DNA of 64,000 nt from Bugula neritina (lineage: Eukaryota; Animalia; Bryozoa). Under the pieces are notes generated by a model, which had not been told where the DNA came from, made no database searches, and worked only from the letters and a program-made list of their open reading frames with translations. A program made the translations under genes and the position numbers. This document shows, piece after piece, positions 55,549-64,000 of the stretch. Where the stretch lies: contig OZ037765.1 of NCBI GenBank assembly GCA_964035545.1, forward strand, positions 31,867,504-31,931,503, in the 5' to 3' direction. The stretch's first letter is position 1. Every line of letters begins with the position of its first letter.

Positions 55549-58500
55549 TCAAGGGCTAGTAGTACTTTTAGCATCTGTATTGCTCAGGGCTGTGTCTGTA
55601 GTCACTGCTGTAGCTGACTTTGCATTGCAACCAGAGCCTGTGGTATCAGACTTCGGGTGGTGTGAGCTGCTGTAGCTACTGCTCGGCTTCTCATGAGTTG
55701 GTGTATTCAGTCTACCAATTTCATCATACAGAGAGAAAATCTGCATCTCTAGAGTTTGCAGTGCCGACTGAGCCATTATATATTTATCCTCCACTGCCTG
55801 CAAATATACACACACCAAGTGGTGAATCGGTTTGAGTCTGTCTACCAGGAAATGATCTGTTTTCATTGGCTCGTTTGAATTTTATTTTACTCAATAAAAA
55901 TAATGGAGAGATGCAATAGGGCAAGTTGAGCCTTCAGGTTGCTAGTGCTGGCTTAAAGTTAAAGTTTCATTTTACAGGGTGTCTAAAAAATAAATGAATG
56001 AATAAAATAGATCAATTATTTTTATCATTAGGTAAAATAATAAATTTGAAAGTTGTGTGACTTGGTTAATGGAAATGAAAATATCATCCAAATAATATGT
56101 CAACTTGTTATTAGCCTGGAAGGTGTATATTATGTTTGCTGTGGTGATGAGAATTGTAAATATTATTTGTTTTATTGGTTCCAATATTAATATCTGTCAA
56201 AATCATAGCTGCTACAGGCTATCTGCATTATATTAATATTGGACAAGCGTTCAGCCACAGTTTTGAAAAGACAAAGTGGCTACTTTCGAATCTGTTGCAA
56301 CTCGCTGTCAATAGTCACACAGTCAGACAGCCAAGTCATTAGACTCTAAGGAAAACACTAAGACAACCTGTTCAATCCAAAAATCAATAGCTCAACAGCA
56401 GGTATATTAAGTCTCATAAGGCAGCATGCACAATTAGCTATAGCAGCACTGCATCAACAGTTATACTATGCAAACAATAGTTTCTGCACCAACCAAATAG
56501 TGTTCCCAAAACAAACATCAACTTTTGTAAGAAACTTATATTATAAATACTACAGGTTGATAACACAATACACCAGTTAAAACACAATAATAGAGTGCAA
56601 ATTATATAACATGTTGAATAGATCAAAGTGTAAGAGTCAGTACAAACCTAATAACCATTCATTTCACTTTCATCTAACTTTTGAAATTAATTAGAGCATA
56701 ATCTTACTAAACCGAAATTAATTAGCAGTAGAAGTAAATGAGGTGTGATAAAACAGTGCTTCCTCACAATACAAATCATTGGCCTGGATGACTTTTGCTG
56801 CTGTAACCGGTTTACCTGTCTAACTGATACAGGTCTAAGGGTAGGGCCACATTAGACTGCTAGCTAAAATTCTGCACAAACGTAAATTTGACTGTTTTCT
56901 GCGGATTTCATGCAGTTAAAATGTTAAACTGCCAGTGCAGAAAGTTTCTGCAAAAGTAATCTAACTGATTGATCACTACATATACAGCCCACTTCCTGTG
57001 TTTTTACATGTTAGAAATTTGGTTTTTTCACTTTTGCATCAGTATAATGGCCTGTTCAGACTACAGCAAAAAATGACGAGTTACATGCATGCAGAGGCCT
57101 GTCTAATGTGGCCCACTGAACTGATGATAGATCCTAACAAGATATGACCTAATCAAGAGCTGGATATAGTGTGTTGTGTAGCAAATGATCAAATTATAAG
57201 GTACAAGCTGCCTGTGGTAACATGAAAAAAGCGTATGGCTAGCTGTGAATTTCATAGTCTGTGACCCTACCTCATGAACTAAATGTAGCCTGTGAGCTAA
57301 ATTTTCAGAGAGTAGTACTGACTGTACTTAAGCTTGTGACTACTTGCTAACCTAACCTCTGCTCTTTAACATCGGAGGTAAAAAATCTCCATCGGACTAA
57401 AAGGATGGACAATGAAGACCAACTGTCAGCAAGTACGACAGAGTATGAGGTAGATAGTTCAGAGAAGTTGAAAGCAACTGGCAGTCACTATGATTAGCTG
57501 TATAATGCTAGCCTCGTAGGTTTAGCACAGCCAACTTCTACTGCTGCTGTTCATAGATGCACTTCTCAAAAATTTGTAAATGGATCATTTTACTTAATTT
57601 AGTACACACTGGAAGTCTCCAGTTTTTAGCTATTTTTTTAAAATTTAGCTGCTAATGAACATGGGTTTTTGCCAAAAACTAGTAAAATATTAATATATAC
57701 ACCTAAACAATCAAGGTTCTTTTTACTTTTGCTTGATTTTCCATGTTTTTTCCGAATTATTCAGCTACGTTTGATGGTGGACTGTTGCGAAAACCAGTAA
57801 CGGTCTGCAATCCAAATTAGCTAAATAAATAGGAAAAAACATGGAAAATCATGCAAAATTAAGAAAAACCTTGCAATTATTTAGGTGTATTAAGTGATAT
57901 TTTACTAGTTCATTAGCAGCTAAATTGTGAAAAATAGCTAAAAACTGGAGATTTCCAGTGTGTACTAAATTAAGTAAAATGACCTAAATTCTTTTCAGCT
58001 AATTGAAAACTATTTTCTGCAAAATAATGCCTTCATCTTTAGATTGACGGAAACTAGCAACTTGAGCATTACGTCTTGGTCATGCTGCCTAGATAGCCGT
58101 GGGCTAAAATTACTAGCCACTAGAACCATTGACTGTCACCTGAATTTGCTTTGCTGTCAAAAAAGTAACTTTAAGCCATGACTCATATTATTTTCTCATT
58201 ATTATTGTTCAAACACTAACATACTTTTACTTAGCTGAATAGCTCATCACCAGTCTTATGGACACTTTTCACCATAGCAGTTGTTACACTAGTTGGGAAG
58301 TACTACTCCACTTAGAGATTCTATGGCTGAGATTAACGATATCTTTCAAACAAAATTTGCAAGTTAATGACAAAATTTCAATAATTACAATTGTGTAGTA
58401 TTTATTTGGCATCTGAGAGTAACAGGTAAACAAAGATAAATCTCAAGTGGCCTTTACCTAGCATCAATTACTCACTTGGCTAAACTTGTACCAATATGAA

Positions 58501-61500
58501 AGGTATTAGAGTGTGCAGCCTAATATGCTACGTAGCTACATGTACTGTGTGGAAGGGCAGTTCAGTTAATGTATTCAGTACCCAAGAGAAGGAGTACACC
58601 CTCTTTGTTACCTGCTACAAGGTCTTGGTATGCGGTACTGCTTTATGACCTCATGTTGATAAAATCAATACCCCGGTATAACAATTTTATCACAGTCACA
58701 ATATAAATGGTCACGCATGATATTAATAGGTGCAACTGAACTTGCTAGGCTGGAGTATGTTGCACACAAACTCCTATTTATAATCTACCTAAGAATACAT
58801 AGTATAAATTTACATTATGTAGAGCACAGTATAGCACTTTACTCTAACTGCCAAACGAAAATAGTTACTTAGGTTTTCAAAAGTAAATAACCTAATTTAT
58901 GAAATACCTTGAATTTTTATACGGAGTTGTTCACACTTGCAAATTTTAAAGCATGTTGCAGAAACAGAAATAGACCACATTTTTTCTGATGCATTGAGCA
59001 TTTCCGCAATTAAAAAGCCGACAGTTTACACCTTTTGTGCCATTTTCTATAAATGTAGAAAATTTTTCATCATTTCATAATTTTGAACAAAATAATTTGT
59101 GTAAAATCATCCTCAGCCTGTGAAACTTCCTAATTATAGCCCAAGTTACTACCCGACAAAGTGTACACTAACCTGCAGTTTACACTTGTGCTCTCCCCTC
59201 AGGCACTGCATCTCTCTCTGCTGTTCAAATATTATTTTCTCCTAAACAGAATATAACTTACACTCTAAGTGAATAGAAGATATATCCCAAACAAATCATA
59301 TAAACAGCAAATTAAAATTAAATAGCTTTTCATTTACAGCACTGATATCATAAACAGTGAAATGTTTTCTCATTACTTAGAAAGAATCTGAAAAGCATTT
59401 AATTCTACTTGTTGACTGTGACAGCATAAGAATGAGTGTTGAAATAAAGAAAATCTGTGTATTGTACACTTGGAGACAAAATCAAACATCATTTATGTTC
59501 TCAGATTCAGATAACAGGCCAAAAGTTTGATGACAGAAAAGATTATGAGTATTCATAGCATTCATTGCATTACCTTATCCTTCAGCTTGCTATTCAAAAC
59601 CTCAACTGTGCTTTGCTTTACATGGCATTCTTCTGTAAGTTTCTGAATAGTTTCTTTCAGTTCTGCGAACATCAAAGAAATAAAACACGAGATTAGACTC
59701 AGAGACCCACAGCCACAGACAAATAATTTGCTGGCTTTCAGGAAAATGCTGCCAACTTACTAGCAATGTCGCTGAGATAGTCAGACTCCTCTGCAGAGTT
59801 GGCAGCAATCAAATGGTTGTCGTATTTCTGAGAGGAAAGTTTCTCTTCATATTTTATCTGAATCTCACCCATCATCAGCAACTCTTTCTTCATCCTTGAC
59901 ACCTGGTGTATTCCGGAACATGTATTCAAACTGCAACAGAGCTTGTATCTACTCTGACTCACATATACTCTGACTAACACATACTCTGACTAACATATAC
60001 TCTGACTAACACACTCTGACTAACATATACTCTGACTAACATACACTCTGACTAACATACACTCTGACTAACACACTCTGACTAACATATACTCTGACTA
60101 ACACACACTCTGACTAACACACACTCTGACTAACATATACTCTGACTAACACACACTCTGACTAACACACACTCTGACTAACATACACTCTGACTAACAC
60201 ATACTCTGACTAACATATACTCTGACTAACACATACTCTGACTAACACACACTCTGACTAACACATACTCTGACTAGCATACTCTGACTAACACACACTC
60301 TGACTAACACATACTCTGACTAGCATACTCTGACTCACACACTCTGACTAACATATACTCTGACTAACACATACTCTGACTAACACATACTCTGACTCAC
60401 ACACACTCTGACTAACATATACTCTGACTAACATATACTCTGACTAGCACACACTCTGACTAACACATACTCTGACTAACACACACTCTGACTAACATAC
60501 ACTCTGACTAACACATACTCTGACTAACATATACTCTGACTAACACACACTCTGACTAACACACACTCTGACTAACACATACTCTGACTAACATATACTC
60601 TGACTAACATACACTCTGACTAACACACACTCTGACCAACATACTCTGACTAACACATACTCTGACTAACATATACTCTGACTAACACATACTCTGACTA
60701 GCATACTCTGACTAACACATACTCTGACTAACACATACTCTGACTAACACACACTCTGACTCACACATACTGTGACTAACACACTCTGACTAACACACTC
60801 TGACTAACACGTACTCTGACTAGCACACACTCTGACTAACACTTAACCCTACTGATAACTGACAAACATTTTTCAATAGAAGAATGCTTTCATCAAGATG
60901 CTACAAACTACCTCACCTCGCCTTCGTAACGCTTATATTGGCATATTTCAGCAGCAGCCACTTGAAGATCTTGCTCCAGTAACTCAATCTTCCCTATAGA
61001 TTTTGCCAGCTCCTGAAATATAGTATAATTAGCTTTCTTCAAGATGACTGTCAAGTAGAGAGACAATAAAAAACTAGAATTTATCATATGAGCAAGCAAG
61101 CAAGCAAGAAATCCCCAGGTTTTAGAATTGAAACTTTCAGAAAAAAAACAATATGTTAAAATAGTATAAAACAATAATATACGTCAGCAATACATACGAA
61201 ATACTGATAACGAAAACGCAGAAGAAGGTTTTTCTGCAATTTAAAATTTCATGTTACTTCTAGCAATCACTGGGTAGCACTAATTTATTCAAACATTATG
61301 TTTCAGAGGCTCCAACTAAAATTCATACAACATAATAAAAAAGAGCTTAGGCTGTTGATGACGCTCCATTGCTGATTATTCACAATAAGCATCATAGAGT
61401 GAGAACTTACCTCCTGCTTTTGAGTAAACTGCTCAGTAGTGGCAGTAAATTCTCTTTTCAATTCCTCGTTTTTATATTCCAGCCTCTCTTTCATCTTGGT

Positions 61501-63720
61501 CAGTTCCGCCAACTCCTGCTCTCTAATTGTATCATTGCGTGTCTTTTCCTCCCTCATTCGGTGAATCTCATTGTTTTGCAGACGTATGGTTGTTTGAAGA
61601 TTAAAGATATCATCTTTAGATCGACTCAACTCCCATTCCTAGTGAAATACTTTCATATCATGTATCTAATACAGAATGTATCAAGATTCCACTAAAAAGT
61701 AGGCTGGCAATATGCTTTATATGTTGCTTGAAAGGAAAATAGAGTTACCACAGATAAATGCTTCAAAGATAATTATCAAATCACAATAAAAATTTGTAAC
61801 AGACACATTTATTGCTTAATTTGTTGGCCAATTAGCATTTGCTTGACAGGTTTGTGCTAACAGGTTGAGTTGACAAGCTGCTTTCAATTGCGAAAAAGAT
61901 GCATTAGTCCTAATCGTTTCCAAAAAGTAAGTCTCAAAAACAGCAGATCAAAGCTAGAATAAAAGACTTTATCTCCTAATAGCCAATCAGAAAGAATAAG
62001 CAATAAAAATATTATAAAAGAAATAAAAACAAATACAAGAATAAGCATATTGTGTAAAATTCTAAAAAATTCACCAGAGTTTGATTGTTTTCTTTAATTT
62101 TCTGGGCTTTGGCAATTTTGCTGAGAAGGCGTCGGTTTCTCTCAGCATGGAGTTCCTTCTTCTGCCTCTCGTATAATAGCTGAGTGTGGAGGAGCAGTAG
62201 CTGTACCCTGGCAATGCTGGCATCATCAGTTGCCAGTGAACCTGATCACAACACAGATAGGTAAACTTCACACAGGATTTAGTAATCAGATACAACAGCA
62301 TATTGTATGCAGCACAACTAGGACAACATCAAGTAAAACAGAGATTCTATAAAAAAATTACAAATAAAGTAGCTGTCTTTAAAAAGATAAAAATAAGATT
62401 TCATCAAAAACATTTTGTGGTGGAAACTGATAATTATCAAAAGCTACAGACTCGCATACCACCAAAATGTGACCAGTTAACGAAAGGGCTGGATACAGAG
62501 CCCGACTCCTGCAGCTGAATTTGCAAGGTAGAGCCGAGTCTAAGTTTCTCATTCAGAAGTGCCAAATGTTGGTCAAGCGCAGATGCTGGGCCTTGAACTA
62601 CTTGAGTTTGGCTGCACTGGAGGCCTAGAAATTAAAACAAGTACGAGAAATTAGTAATAATTAGGTTTTTATGGCAATAACAAAGTATAGTTTATCGTTT
62701 TTGTGAGTACCAGATGCAGTGTTAGATTCTCACAGATACCAAGTCTCTCATGAAAGCCAACAACATTTTAATCACTCCACAGAAACTGGGAATTACTGAG
62801 AATGCAAAGCAATGCTAGGATACGTGAACTATTATTTAGTATTATTTTCAGCACCTGAAGAGGAAAGTGGCTGGCTATAAACAGAATGCAAGTCAGCGAG
62901 ATCATCGGGCAGCTTGTGGCTCAAGGTCAAGGAAACAGAGGGTGTAGTGAGGGTGGTGGTACTGTGCCCCACAAAGTCTGTAGACGCTACATCTGGCTGA
63001 TCAGTTTTGGCAGCAGAGAGGGGAGATTTTGATTCGGTCTTTCCATTAGAAGACGCGGTCTATATCACACAAGTGCGTGTAGAGAGGATAAACACATGTC
63101 AGCAATAAACACTCAATATAAAACGTCTGCAACACTTGAACAAGCATATGCTGCAGTTGAACATAAGTCCATAGGCTTGCAATAAATACATCTGAAGCAA
63201 CCTTAAAAGTTAGTAATAATAATTTAACCAAAAATCAGGTTTCAACTAAAAATAAAATAGAGTAGCACTTCCTGTTTAAAAACCATCGGAGTTTATCAAA
63301 AGTTTTCAAATTGATAATTGAAAGGACAATTCCCAGACTTCTATTTTGCACTTATAAATAATCATATTTATAAAACAAAGTATACATTTATCAAGAGTAA
63401 GTCACTATGTCTCTTACCTGTATAGACGCACAGCGTTCTGTGCTAACATCATTGTTATCCTGAGATTCCTCGTGTATATCTTCAGTAAAGGTTGGGCAGG
63501 AGCCGGAGCGCTTCAACTTACCCTTGCTAATCTTATCTGCCTCATTCTCAGGCTGAGTCATACTAGTGAATCGGATACGGTTAACTGACTTCATGAACTC
63601 CGCCACAGAGTTTACCGTCTGCATGTCCGGCGGCTGAGTGTTGATAGACTCCACTTCCTCGTCTTCCGAGTCTACAGGAAATACCACCATATTGACCCGA
63701 GAAACTGCCATGGTGTATGA
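55549..63720 (-). CDS. TSC1: Hamartin (TSC1), C-terminal half; 5' exons probably beyond window end
   Basis: Spliced exons give VNWSHFGG|SLATDD...QLLLLHTQLLYERQKKELHAERNRRLL (62625-62461, 62242-62075; human VDWTHFGG...[27 protein letters not shown] as I recall it), LLMMGEIQIKYEEKL (~59900-59760) and LQ|AVEDKY...LEMQIFSLY (59242-59174, 55797-55549). Confidence 0.9.
56844..57114. mobile_element. MITE with perfect 14-bp TIR (Harbinger-like termini)
   Basis: GGGCCACATTAGAC (56844-56857) / GTCTAATGTGGCCC (57101-57114); TSD not evident. Confidence 0.6.
57582..57985. mobile_element. Foldback MITE with ~190-bp inverted arms
   Basis: GGATCATTTTACTTAATTTAGTACACACTGG...CCAGTGTGTACTAAATTAAGTAAAATGACC; arms match 11200-11391. 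Confidence 0.85.
59951..60842. repeat. 14-18-bp minisatellite (ACTCTGACTAACACAT)n
   Basis: More than 50 copies with a variable (CA/TA) linker, filling most of a TSC1 intron. Confidence 0.95.
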
Positions 63721-64000
63721 CTACAGTTCACCAATCATCAGCTTCCCATGTATTGATATCAATTCACTGCAGCCAGTTTGGTGGAAGATATGCTCAGTGC
63801 ATTACTTTGGCGTTATGATCTTGTGTAGTTGCCTTCTCTTTTGTGGGAGAAGCATATTAGGAAATATTAGCTACGTATATTTAGCTCAAGGCTGCATTCT
63901 TCATAAAAAAACCAATTTATTTTTTCAAAATTGACTGTGAATTAGTGTATGAATTTATACTATACAATTAGGCATCACAATATATTAATACACCATGTTA

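Noticed and set aside
63391-63711. ATG at 63711 as the start of a standalone gene
   Set aside because: The exon splices into TSC1 and is preceded by a TGTAG acceptor; the conserved hamartin N-terminal domain is missing here and probably lies beyond the window.

Overview
AT-rich, intron-rich metazoan (invertebrate-like) genomic DNA; no rRNA, intact tRNA or CRISPR. Host genes: an ABCC5/MRP5-like ABC exporter (minus, runs off the left edge), a 3-exon flavin L-amino-acid-oxidase-like gene (minus), TRPC4AP (minus, complete CDS), an uncharacterised 486-aa single-exon ORF (plus) and the 3' half of TSC1/hamartin (minus, likely continuing past the right edge). There are two young Ty3/Gypsy LTR retrotransposons with the same tRNA-Leu primer-binding site. 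Element 1 (2727-10728, minus) is intact and nested in an older TIR element inside an ABCC intron. Element 2 (32029-36984, plus) is internally deleted and sits in an intronic minisatellite. The most striking observation is that both elements, despite unrelated LTRs, carry the same extra module after integrase: a tandem Cys/His zinc finger with near-identical spacing, followed by a C-terminal coiled coil. It is fused to Pol in element 1 and is a separate, apparently splice-accessed ORF3 in element 2. Element 1 also has a palindrome array in U3 and a UUUAAAC -1 frameshift signal. Several MITEs, a tRNA-derived SINE-like element and many intronic minisatellites (some duplicating splice donors) are present.
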